Shown one piece after another: positions 11,290 to 22,843 of a DNA stretch of 64,000 bases (position 1 is its first letter; the number at the start of each line of letters is the position of its first letter). Origin of the DNA: Nymphaea colorata (lineage: Eukaryota); assembly GCF_008831285.2 (NCBI RefSeq), contig NC_045138.2, forward strand, positions 21,824,001 through 21,888,000, in the 5' to 3' direction. The notes under the pieces were generated by a model that saw only the letters and a program-made list of their open reading frames with translations, made no database searches and was not told where the DNA came from. The position numbers and the translations under genes are program-made.

Positions 11290-11878
11290 GGACCCATGAA
11301 ATGCACTCTCATTAGCAATGGTGATTTTACTTATGTTGTTCTTTTATAAGAAAAACCACAACAAATGCCACAAAAAGATGTAAAAATGTCATTAGCACAT
11401 GCTTTTACTTACAGAAAAGCAACATTAGTAATACTTTCAAGCAAGACAGATGTTGTTTCATTCTATTAGGCATGATTCTTCAAGAGTGATTTAAGTGGCT
11501 CAATGAAAAGTGTATGGTTAATTTTCTAGGAATGTCAGCTAGGCTGTTGGGAAACTTTTTTTTTTTGCTTTCTTCATTTGCCAAGAAGAAAGAGGTAGAG
11601 ATTGTTCTAGTTCAGAGGCTTTCTTAGACCTAAAAGCATGCTTTTAGGTTTAAGGTCTCTATGTTTAACCCCTTGGCAATGCATGTACTCCATTCCTTGC
11701 AGAATCTCAAGAGCAATTGCTATTATTTCTTAATGAGAAAGGTGCCCAGGCTTAAATCTGTGGAGGTATGCCTTTAAAGATCCCACACTTAATTTGTAGA
11801 GGTATGCCTTTAAAGATCCACCAGGTATGTTTCAGTGATGAGGCAGAAAACTAGTGGCTTTTTACATGCCCTTACCAG
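11290..11878 (-). pseudogene. Raf-like kinase C-terminal portion, left arm of hairpin 2
   Basis: tttcag|LVRACKKPLVFCLITE-IPGGSLKAYLHRFKPGHLSH*EIIAIALEILQGMEYMHCQGVKHRDLKPKSMLL (HRD 11663-11655), with an internal ~36-bp duplication around 11750-11820. Confidence 0.88.
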
Positions 11879-12222
11879 CTGAAATAGAGAATGAACTGAT
11901 CCATGAACCTTGTGGACACCATGATGGGATACCTTTTTCATCAAGAGATAATAGCAATTGCTTTAGACATTGCTGAAGTACTTGCATTATCTAAGTGTTT
12001 AGACACAGGGACCTTAAACCAGAAAACATGCTTTTAGGTAAGCCGCAGAATTAGAACAACCTCTATCTTTTTCTTTCTTTTTGGCAAATTAAGAAAGCAA
12101 AGAAAAATTTCCCAAACCATACATTTTTTCTTGAGCCACTTAAAGCACTCTGAACTATGCTTGATAGAATGAAAAACCATTAGTCTTGCTCGAAAATTTT
12201 ACTAATGCCTTCCGTTACAAAA
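11405..12222. repeat. Long imperfect inverted repeat (fold-back) 2
   Basis: 11405-11750 pairs with 11926-12222, e.g. acctaaaagcatg / catgcttttaggt and ttaagtggctcaa / ttgagccacttaa. Confidence 0.92.
11926..12220 (+). pseudogene. Raf-like kinase C-terminal portion, right arm of hairpin 2
   Basis: QEIIAIALDIAE ... HRDLKPENMLL (12004-12036) ... LVLLENFTNAFRY. Confidence 0.82.
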
Positions 12223-13787
12223 AACCAGAAAACAAGATTTGTTGTAATCTTGGCAAACTCCTTGCGCTTCAAATGTATGTAAATAGGACAAATCAACACA
12301 CTTTTTGTGTTTATTTTCACTAAGCAAAGGAACGATTATCAAACTATAGCTCAGGTGTTTGATAGATCACCCCATTTGCGCACACAACTATTATTGCTTC
12401 ATATAAAAGCAACTACAAGAAAAGATAACTATGTTTTCTATAAAATTAGGAAATATGTTGCCATTTCATGCCAAATGTGGGTTAGATAATATCCAATCGC
12501 TAATCTCCAGGGAAATTTTATCAGCTTTGTCTTCTACAAGCACTTTATTGTGCAGATTCTTTAGTTTTGTCATTGTTGAACAGAAAAATTTTCTTAAAGG
12601 GCAAGGATAAATAACTATTGTACACCTATGAAAGATATTTTGTCTACAAACAAAGTTACAAAAAAACGCCTGTGGATAGGAGAAGACATAGAATCTACCT
12701 AATTCTAATAAAGGTTGAATATCATCCAGTTTTAAAGGTTGTCTTCTCCGGGAGAAATTTTTCTCCATTGGTAGGGTCCAACTCTTGAGCTCATCTCAAA
12801 GGTCTTAAATTTGTTACAAGGAAATATTTGTCGGTTTAGATCTTTTTTCTCATACCTCTGTTACAAAAATGCATAATAATGTTTATTTATGAAATTCAGA
12901 TATATGCTTTATCTGTTGCATGAAGATCTACATATGGTTGTTTAGAAGTTATTACTTGAACCCTTTCTATATAACACTTCTTCCGAGATTGGCATAATAT
13001 TTCTAAGGGATGCTGCTTTTTAGAATTTTCCAGGCCTATCCTTTTCATTTTAACAATGTGAAACAAATTCTGAAAAGATGCATTAGTTTCAACTAAATCT
13101 AGAGAGAGAGAGAGAGAGAGAGGAGGAGTCACTGCAATGGTAGCTAGGGGAAACCCCTAGCCTGTTTGAGAAGGAAACCCTCCACTGATGTGTGAAAAAG
13201 AAAGAGAGAGAGAGAGGGAGAAGAAGAAGAAGAGAGCGTAGACCGAAGAAGGTCAAGCATCTTCAATACAGAAACACACCTTAGAAAAATATGGCAATCT
13301 CTGACGCCATTTTGTGCATTGCGGATGGTTTATGTAACAATGAATTGAATTAAATTGATTTGTCCCCAAGTTGATACGAAGGGACCGATTCAAGCTCATT
13401 TTGAGAATATCGGTTGATACAATCTTCACTTCTCTTTTATATGTGAACATTCAATGAGGAAAGAGATGCATTGAAGCTTAGATTATCTGAACAAGTTCAT
13501 ATATGCCTTGCATTTCTATTTCTCTCTTCATTAAGCAACATTCCAAGCAATAGAGAGAGAGAGAGAGACAGAGAACCACCAAGCAACTTTCCACTATTCA
13601 AAACTGTTTACTTTTTCTTCTTCATTCAATTTGAGGTATTTTGCTTTTTGGCATTTTCTATTTAACTTAATCTGTCTTGATGACTATCCGCGTGTTTGTC
13701 CATCTGTCCTTTGAACGGGTATTGTGCCCTTAGACCATTATGTCCGGGTGTGCTCGTCTGTATGTCAAACAAGCATTGCCCTTTTAT

Positions 13788-14135
13788 TGGATGTGAACGA
13801 CCATATTTGAATTGGATATATACTTTATTATATCATTTTTTTGGATATCGAATATTATATCTGAATTTCTAATATTATATCCAAAATTCAAAATTTAATC
13901 TAATCCGATTTTTAGATTAACATATGAATCTGAATCTGGCTTTTGAACCGGATCCAAACTATGTTATGGAATATAGACATTGAGCTTATCTAAGATTATA
14001 TCTGATTCAAATTCGAAACCAATCTACTTAAAACTGAATTTGAATCCAATTATATTAGAATCTAATTCGAATTCTAATCGGGTGCCAAACTTTTTTTTTC
14101 TCATATCTTGAATAAATATGCATGCAGTTCATCTA
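13788..14135. mobile_element. MITE-like element with atccga/atctga-type subterminal repeats
   Basis: Dense degenerate (gaatcc/atctga/ggatat) motifs between ggatgtgaac and gttcatct. Confidence 0.55.
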
Positions 14136-14964
14136 AATCGAATTTATGCCATTATGTCATTAAGCTTTAAATATTTGTCAACGGGAGTAGGTTTTAAGTA
14201 GAATTAGGAAGCTTAGACCGTTCACGTTCACGCACCCGTTTGTCAAGCAACGAACGTCGACCGGCTCACTTGGACCGTTTTGTCCATGCGTTCGCTTATC
14301 AAACAGGCACGTCCTCCCTCCACTCCTCTAGGCCTCAGCACAATTCAATAATCCGTAGCTGTAAAAAAGAAGGCGTCTGAAGTGTTACGTTTTGGGTGAG
14401 CAAGGGGTATTAATTTCACCGTTGAAAAAGGCTCGAAGGCCCTCCCATTCTTCCTGCTTCCGGAGTCCTGAGCTGTGTTGGTGTCAGCGATAGCATATTG
14501 AAGCATATTGAAGAAAGAAAAGATGAAATATTAGAGAAAACCTGATACAACTCCAACAGTTGGTCCGTAATTTTAAATTAAGTATTTAAAAATAATAATA
14601 ATAGATAAATTTGTAAACAGAAATGGATTGCCAAATAAAAAGTTGGTGTAAGAGTTCGGTTGTCGTTTTTTATTTTTTAAAATTCAGTTCTGGGCAATGA
14701 AAAGTATTATTGGTTGATTATTTAGGGTATTAAGATTTTTATTTTTTTAAGGGTGAGTTGTTTATTTTGTCGCCTCTAAAAAAGACTAATGCTCTCTTGT
14801 GCCCGTATGTTTGAAGATGTTTTACAGTTTAAAGATAAAACGCACTGCAACGTGACATTGATAAGCCAAATTACCTTGCCGTGCAGTACGCTACCTTCTT
14901 CGGAGATATTTAAGGTATATTGAGATCATTGATGTATAAATTTAAATTAAAGTACTCGTATTGT

Positions 14965-15085
14965 TACGAGTGACTATAAAAAGTTAAATACTTATACACA
15001 AGTTAAAGTGTATTATGAGTGACTATAAAAAGTTAAATACTTGTGTATTATACACAAGTTAAAGTGTATTACGAGTGACTATATA
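14965..15085. repeat. ~48-bp tandem repeat (about 2.3 copies) upstream of the BTB gene
   Basis: Unit ttacgagtgactataaaaagttaaatacttatacacaagttaaagtgta is repeated. Confidence 0.85.
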
Positions 15086-15598
15086 AAATGATAGTTGATG
15101 AGGCAAAGCTTAGCTCTATGCCGGACGGAAAGCTTCTCCCACTCACCTGAAATAAATATTTTTATTTATAATTATACTCTATCTAAGTTTCAAGCAGCTC
15201 TATGAACGATAAAATGAGAGGAAAGAAGAAAAAAAAGAGAAAACTCGCTACTCAGGTTAACTATCGTGAATTATTATGACGGATAAGGTAAAAAATAAAA
15301 GGAATAATTGCCTGATGCATAAAGTTTGGATGAATTCGTTATTTAGTCAGAAAGTCGGTGAGAGAAAAAAATATGGAAAGGAAAAACAAGAGAAGGGCCT
15401 CCTTTTTTCCGCTAACCCTCGGCTACGTTGTTCACGCGTCGTCTGGAGAAGAACAAGAAAAACGAGGAAGAGGAAGAAGAAGGAAAAGGGTGGGAGGAGC
15501 AGGCAAGAACTCGACTTCCCTTTCGCTGTGTTCGCGGAAGAGGGGAGGAGTTACAGGGGGGTACGTCCGGACGTGGAAGAGAGGAGATAACGGTGACC

Positions 15599-18500
15599 AT
15601 GAGCTGCCCCGAGTCCAAGGTGGAGACGATCTCCAGGATGGCGCAGTGGAAGGTGGAGTGCTTCTCTCCTTTCTCTTACAGGCGCTCCGACGCCTTCAAG
15701 GTTGGTCTCTGGAATTGGTATGTCCCACCCTTTTCTCCTTCCTTTTTCCCCCCTCCCCACTCTAGTTTTCCTGTGTTCGAGTAACACTTTTGAGGAACAA
15801 AAGAAGATTGATGCACCAAGCCGCTGCCGGTGCTTCTGGTTTTCCCATGTGGTACAGGCATTTGGCAGTTGAGAAGAACAGGAGTATATGCATCCGTCTG
15901 TTTCCGGAGCCAGGCAGAAAAGAACAGCCTCCTATCGCCACGTTTATTGTCCGGGCGTCGATCTCTGGGTCCACCCGTCGCCCCTTTGCCACTCCAGGTG
16001 CTCCTTTAGTCCACGTTAGTCTTATTCTTGATCAAGTGCCCATTAGTCGTCATGTTTCTGCGGCTCATTCAGTTCGTTGGACAATGGCTTGTTGGAGGGT
16101 CTCTTAATGGTTGCTCTTCTTGATGCGTAATTTCCCTATATTTGACCTGCTGCAATTATTCTTCCCTTGGTGGTGATTATGGATTACATGGTTTTGCAAT
16201 TGAGGAAAGTTTATTGCTTGTGCTCTTGGTTCTCGATCCCTGCTATGGTCTATCTAGTTGCGTAACTTAAATCACGTAGACAACGAAATCTCTGGTGTTT
16301 GATTTTCTTGATGATGACTCCAAACTGGTTGTAGGCTTGTAGCTTTCGCTGATTAATTTGTTTGCTGGATCTTGCCCAAATCAATGCGTAGCTTGACATG
16401 ACATTTTTAGTAAATTTTTTGCTACATTATTTCTTGGCCTTTGCTACTTGTGAGGGCTATTATGATCCCTACCTTAGTTTGCTTTGTTATTAGTTGTGGA
16501 ATTATGAGAGGTGTAAAATGGTCTATTGTTACATAGATTGTAGATCACCTCTTAGTTAAAGTAGTCCAGTTGGTTCAGTTAGCTAAGCAAAAGTCCAGAT
16601 ATTCAAGAACATCCATATGTCAGCAGCTTCTAGCAGAAGTTGTGTTCAAAGAGATTTCAATGCCTTGAAACTGCCATAAGGGAAGTCTTAAGCTCTTTAA
16701 GTCTAATTTATTCTATAGATAACTTCAAGAATGCTTCATTCCTAGAGGGGAAAATCGAGACAATGGAGATCAAGCTCCCCCAAATTCAATCTTAGATCAT
16801 TACGGAATTGAAAATTGGTGTTTTCTTTTCCAAATTGATTTTGCTTGATAGACTCTGATGTTGGCTCAAAAAAAGCGTTTCACTACATCGTCTAGAAGAG
16901 AAGAAATAATGCTTGCTTTTTGACATGTCACTTGTTTTGTGGCAAGAATTTTCCCCTCTAAATGATATTGGTATGAAAGGTCCTTGCATTCTCATTCATA
17001 AGGCACAAAGATAAAGACTGTTCTCTACTCATCTGTGTAGATGACATAATAGTTTTGGAAGCAGCGTAGGAGATTCAAAATTTTACCGGTGAGTCTGAAA
17101 AGGTATTTTCGATTGAAGATCTAGGAGAACTGCAGTTTTTCCTTTGTGTAGGAGCAAAACTCACTCAGGAAGGTATCATCCTGCCACAAATGAAGTACAT
17201 AATGGTCGTTAACCAGGCACGAACTTGATTGCAAACTGCTTGTATCACTCCTGCTGCACCTAATGCCCTATAATCAGGTGTAGTAATGACGTTTTTAAAG
17301 ACTTTACACTTTCTCCAAGTATTGTTGGAGGTCTCCAATATGTCATGTTTACCAGACCAGATATCATACTGTAAGTGAGACATGACAATTTATTACATGT
17401 TTCCAGCCAAAACCACTTGGCTTATGTTACACGAATACTAAGAAATCTCAAAGGAAAAATTGTTTATGGATTGAAAATTGGGAAATTAAGTCCTTTCAAC
17501 TATCTAGTTAGATGCAGATTGGGCAGGTTGTTGTATGATCAGAAGTCAATGGCTAGTTCCTGACCTTTATGGAATCTAATTTGCTATCTTGGAAAACTTC
17601 CAACCGAAAAACAATAGCCCGGTCAAGCATAGTCACAAAGAACTCACCTTTTTTAAAAAAGACCCGATAAAAATGTTAAAAAAATGAAAACTAAAAAATC
17701 GCCTTTTCAATTTTTGTTTAGAAAACTTTAAAATGAATTTTTCAAGTTTTTTTTCACATTCTTTTTGCTTTAAAGTTTAAAACTTATGTAAGTTGTTTAT
17801 CTTCATTTCTATCATTTCTAAAACATCATTTCTATCATTTTATCAAGTTATTTTTTATGTTTTCTTCTTGGTTTTTCATTTATTTTACTTTTTCCTAACT
17901 CTAAGGATTTCCTTCTTTTCTAAAAAAATTGCCGAACTTTTCCTGAGATTTTAAGTTTTGCTGAAAATACTCGAGGAAAACCTTTCCATTGAAGACCCAT
18001 TGATGATATTTGTGACTATGCAGTCAATTATAGAGATAGAAAACATGGCTATAGCTAATGGATTTCAGAATTATTATGGCTGTCATCTCTGCTAAAAGAC
18101 CCAGAAATAAGTTCTCAAATTCCTATTGTTTGGTGTGGCTACTAGGTGCTACTTTTCTTGCAGCTACTTCTGTACTTCATGCAAGAGTGAAGCATATAGA
18201 AATCCTATCATTTGGTGTGACAATTAGGTGCTACTTTTGGTGCAGCTAATGCTGTACTTCATGCAGGAGTGAACCATAAGAAATTTGACTTGCCTTTAAA
18301 AGAGGAAAAAAGGAACCAACAATGAGGGTTTCTTATCTCCTCAATGGATTATTTTATCAAAACCTCTTTCAGCCCTTCAGTTCAGGTTCATCAGAAATAA
18401 GCTAGACCTCATTGAGTGTAAGGCCTACTTGATTGGCATTGGGAGAGCCACAAAAAAGCAAGAAAATCGAAGATCCGATGTTGGCAGCATCTAGCAAAAG

Positions 18501-20261
18501 CAAGATATTCAAGAAAATCCAATATTAGCAACCTCTAGCAGAAGCTGGCATATTCAAAGAGATCTCATTGCTATGCCCTGTATGAATGCCAACAAGAGAC
18601 CTAATCCAAGTGAGAATTGTAAATTGTTTACGAGTTCTGTAAAATATTGTCAACGACTGATCGGCGATCGCTGATGTATATAACACCTGGATGAGAACAA
18701 AGAGCTCTCCTCAATAAAAGTCACATGAAAAGCAAGAAAGAAATAGAGGGTAGCATTTGTTTGTAGATGTAGGCAATTGCCAGACTTTATTAATTGCTCT
18801 TTCATGTGTTCTTTTATTGTGTGATGAAATTTTTAAGCTTCCTGTTATATTGTAGGTAAAATTGTTTGGCTTTATGAATTCTTGTTGTTTCATCCACAAG
18901 ATTCAGCATAGGACATGGCTTTAATCTTGAATCAATAGGATAACAGTTCTAGGTCCTAGAAGATTCTGTGGGATTTGGAATCACACTCGTGATATTTTCC
19001 TATTTTTGCAAGCGCTCAATTGTTCTTGTTAAAGTTCTGATAACCAACCAACCAACTCATTATTCTCTATTCGCAACCATCTTCATGTCAATTTTCTCAT
19101 AGTATAAGCGTAAAATAATAAAATCATGGGATATTACTGGACATGATTTACTTTCTCATGTGGCTTACTGGCTTAGTTTCACATGTTTTCGGTGGAACAG
19201 GGCCATAATTAATCATTTTTGACTCGAAACAAATGACATCACAGAGCTGTATATTTTTAAGGCTAAAGGTTAAAATATCTTTCCGGAAAAGCTCTTGGTT
19301 GCTTTTACCATTCACTGAACTCAATGAGTTCCTGAAAACTGGGGTTTTCATTTTCTTCATCCAGATGCCAACTTTTTCATGAACAAAAGTGAACTGTTGC
19401 TTTTATTAATAGTTGCAAAGCTGTTGTGATCTTGCAGTTATCAACGACAGATTGTTCCGCACTGGTGAAGACTTTTTATGGCACATTGATGCTGCAATTT
19501 ATGGAAGATACATCATTGACGTGGAATTTCTGGATCTCAAGACTGGGGCAAATGTGAGCATCTCATGCTTTGAATATGGATTGTTGCTGCTAAAGTTTAT
19601 GCTGTATTTCATGAAATTGAAGCCATCTCTTTCTATATTGCTTTGCTATTTACAGGGCGGTGAGGCTACTTCTGTGTGGTGTACTGAAGAATCAATGCAG
19701 ACTGTCTTGAATAAAAGCACTATCAGCTGCTTGTCACGCATGCTTCATGATGAACTTCATGCTGATGTGACCATCCATACATCCAGTGGCACACTTAAAG
19801 CTCACAAGGCAATTTTATCAGCAAGTTCTCCAGTTTTTAAGGGCATGTTTCAGCATAGCTTGAAAGAAAATGAATCTTCTACAGTTGTCATAGATGACAT
19901 GTCCAACGAGTCCTGCTGTGCATTCCTTGCTTACATTTATGGGGGAATGAAACGGAATGAGTTTCTGGAACACAGATTTCAGTTACTTGCTGCTGCACAC
20001 AAGTATGATATTATTGACCTTAAGGATGCATGCGAGGAGAGCTTACTAGAGGATATAAACTCTTCCAACGTTCTCGAGATATTGAACGATGCTTGGTTAT
20101 TCCATCTGGCTAAGCTGAAGAAGGCTTGCATGATGTTTTTGTTCGACTTTGGGAAGATACATGATTTGAAAGATGAGATTGCTTCGTTTTTCCAGTACGC
20201 GGACAGGGAATTGATGATCGAAATGTTTCAGGAAGGTTTAAACATGTGGAAAAATGATTGA
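15599..20261 (+). CDS. BTB/POZ domain protein, At1g21780-like; exons 15599-15717, 15858-15997, 19438-19553, 19656-20261 (326 aa)
   Basis: GT-AG introns give a continuous 981-nt frame: MSCPESKVETISRMAQWKVE..FKVGLWNWHLAVEKNR..IRLFPEP..IDVEFLDLK..ADVTIHTSSGTLKAHKAILSASSPVF..LLAAAHKYDI..LKDACEESL (BTB core). Confidence 0.93.
16570..18600 (+). mobile_element. Degenerate Ty1/copia remnant in BTB intron 2
   Basis: LLICVDDII (~17025), EDLGEL, TRPDI (~17351), DADWAG (~17510), SWK...IARS, LHARVKHIEI (~18175); flanked by diverged direct repeats (~16580-16670, ~18490-18580) that may be LTR relics. Confidence 0.8.
17628..18020. mobile_element. hAT-type MITE nested in the copia remnant
   Basis: Perfect 12-bp TIR CATAGTCACAAA / TTTGTGACTATG; 8-bp flanks cggtcaag / cagtcaat (6/8); interrupts the ARSS|xE RNase H motif. 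Confidence 0.85.
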
Positions 20262-21199
20262 CAGTATATATATTATGCATAATTTTCTCTTGTTCTTACT
20301 GAAAAACACAACTACTTCGATGTAGAGGCTTGGGTCCAATCATAATAAAAATGTGGTGGTGTTCTCTGTCTTTCTGTCTGTCTCTCTCTCCTCTCTGTGG
20401 GAGCTGAGTCTTGATTTTTCAAGTTTTTGCCTTGAGTGGGAAAGATTTTATATGAGAAATGAGCAAAACCAGTCAATGAGGCTAGTTTTTTCAGGTTCTT
20501 TCTCTTTATAAGTCACAATTCTGATGTTAAGATGAGCAATGAAAAGAAAAAGGAAAGGTTGTAATCCACTAAATAATTAACTTTAAGTCGACGTCATTTT
20601 CAGGAAAATTAACTTTAGGGGTGTGATGTCTGTATTTGGAATTTAAGAATGAAAAAGATTATTTTTATGATGTATAAAGTCTATTAATTTCACCAATCTC
20701 ATTTAAGTACCTTTCTCTTTTCTAAATATCACTTGGAAAAAGCATGAAAAGGTGGTCTTGGATATAAATATTACTTTAGGTTATGAAATATGATTTTGAT
20801 ATAACCAATTTAATGAAAGAAGATACTAATTTTAACCATCATGCTTTTAGCGTTATATAGCACTGATTCGTCTATGCTTGGAAGACACATTTATGTAACG
20901 ACAATTGACAAGTTTAGTACTTCTCTCCTTAAATTGAAGACTTAGTGCAGTGCCGTGTGGCGCCTGTTTTGTGATCTCAGAATAGTCTCCGGTGGTTGAA
21001 AAGAATGGCATGAACCTCCAGAGCTGGCGGTTCTTCGGGTAGAACTGCAGTCTTGTCTACACCATTGCGTCGGTCATCGTGACCTGGTCACCCATTACCG
21101 CTCAAGATCATCTTCTAGAACTAGTGGGGAATCAGTTGCCCCAAGAAAAAGAAGTTTCTAGCTAATGTCATTTGTTCTGAGAAGGCTCACATCATCGCC

Positions 21200-22500
21200 G
21201 GGTGCTGTTATCCTGATAGCATCGAGAGATGTTAGTATATTTAATATGGTTTAAGGCATAAGGTGTTGAGTGCCCCCTCTCCCATCCTCACCCTTCCTCG
21301 TGCCTCATCGTTTGACCTTGGCCCTGTTGTTTGCCCTTGACGTTGCTTCCAGCTTCGCCAGGCATCCATGGAAGCTTTGGCTTTTGGCTTCGCTTTTCGT
21401 CCCAGCATCCCACTCCTCCTTTGTTGGTCTCACCATTCATCTTGAGCCCAATTGTTGCTAGGTCCCATGTTGGCCCCGACATTCATCTTAGATTTCATTG
21501 TTGTTGTTACTAGCCCCAATTGCTCCTGAAGATCTTCTTCCATGCTCTCTAGGGTCTCTTAGCCCCTTTAAGGTCGATTGGCCTTAATTTTAATGACCCG
21601 ATAGTCGGCAGCCGATCATCTTCCTTTGTCTCGACAACCTTCCTGGTGATAGCTCGCCGCCGATTCTGATCCCACATATAACATGCTACTAGCATCAAAT
21701 TCAACCTATTATTGTTGGCCTTGGCTTGGTTACTGCTGCTAGACCGCTGGCATTGATGACTTGCCGATGATTGTCCCTGACTTGCCGACGATTGTCCCTG
21801 ACTTGATTGGCTGGTTTTCTTGCTGTTTATAGCTTGCCATTGTTGTTCGCTACTTTTGATGGTCCCGAACTTGATACTACTGAAAGCTTGCTACTGTAGA
21901 TGGCCCTGCTTCCGATAGTCTTACCGACCCAGCAGCATTGCTCGCCCATCACGCTTTGCTGCCAGGAGGAATATGCCTCTTCTCTCCAATTGGTCTTGGG
22001 CATTTGAGCTTCTGCACACACATAATTTTGATCTTGCAGCCTCACTACGAAAGCCAGTTTCATCAAACCCCTAGAGGAAATGCATGTTGACTGCACAACA
22101 AATTCAGCAACCGTAAAAGAAGGGTCAGGCCTCAAACTCATATCTGCTCAAACAAGGACTTCCTTCCTGGATTTACTAGCCATGGTATGTCTCTAACAAG
22201 ATCTAAATGTCCTCCCATAGGCAATATATCATCTCTGATCCTACCCCCTACATCATGGAGTTCCTAGCTCCCAAAATACTCCAACTTGCCATTGGAAACA
22301 ATAATTTCCAACATCTTAGGGCACTTTGTTTTAAAACCTCCTTTACCATCATCAGATTAATATCCCCTAATAGAATTTACATGCTTTAAAATAGCATTGA
22401 ACCTTTTGGAAAGGGTCTCTAAAAAGCTGCCACCAGCTTATGCTTGGATTCTTCTCTTTGTATAAAATGCCCTGACGCCCTTGGTGTACATAAATTTTTT
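21200..22500 (-). mobile_element. Possible old retrotransposon gag-like remnant
   Basis: Faint motifs (..WEDI.., FTVAEF) and a GC-richer low-complexity tail; no intact frame. Confidence 0.3.
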
Positions 22501-22566
22501 TTGTTATTAAATGTGGAGAGCCTTTAGAAGGTTCAAGACTGCTTTGGTACAGTATTTGTATCTTAG

Positions 22567-22843
22567 TGTAAGATTTTGATATCTAATACCAAGCCACCGA
22601 ATGAACTTAGATGCAAGAGGAGGAAGAGAGAAGTGGGCTGCACGTCCAAGCAAGAGAGAGATGAAAGAGAATAGCAACAAATGACGTCTGCTATCATTAT
22701 ATACTAATCACGATTTAGTGTACATCATAAAATACACAAAATAACAATAAGATTTACAAGTATGCCTCCGCCCATGATGTGTTGGGCATGTGGATCAAAT
22801 GGGTCGGGTCTAGATGACCCGATCCATATGTACAAACTTAACA
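22567..22843 (-). repeat. 3' LTR of copia element
   Basis: tgtaagattttgatatc...tacaaacttaaca; direct repeat of 25649-25912. Confidence 0.95.

Larger units (their letters stand above)
8082..13724 (+). repeat. Tandem segmental duplication, unit 2 (~5.6 kb)
   Basis: Starts aatcctacacttgctcttc (8082), three bases after the end of unit 1; ends ttgaacgggtattg (13724). Has an extra ~530-bp block (~10650-11180) and lacks the equivalents of ~3920-4400, ~5265-5620 and ~7190-7935. Confidence 0.95.

Noticed and set aside
14965..15085. CRISPR-like array (also 56893-57126, 42187-42388)
   Set aside because: Plain tandem duplications without unique spacers, in a eukaryotic context.
15276..15787. Several overlapping K/R/E-rich ORFs
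   Set aside because: Produced by the purine-rich 5'UTR and first exon of the BTB gene.
19413..20261. 282-aa single-exon BTB ORF
   Set aside because: Reads through a 102-nt in-frame intron (19554-19655) and starts in intron sequence; the spliced four-exon model fits better.
21755..21767. gatgacttgccga, matching the 3' part of miR169
   Set aside because: The 5' CAGCCAAG portion is missing and it belongs to a local 21-bp tandem repeat; no convincing precursor.
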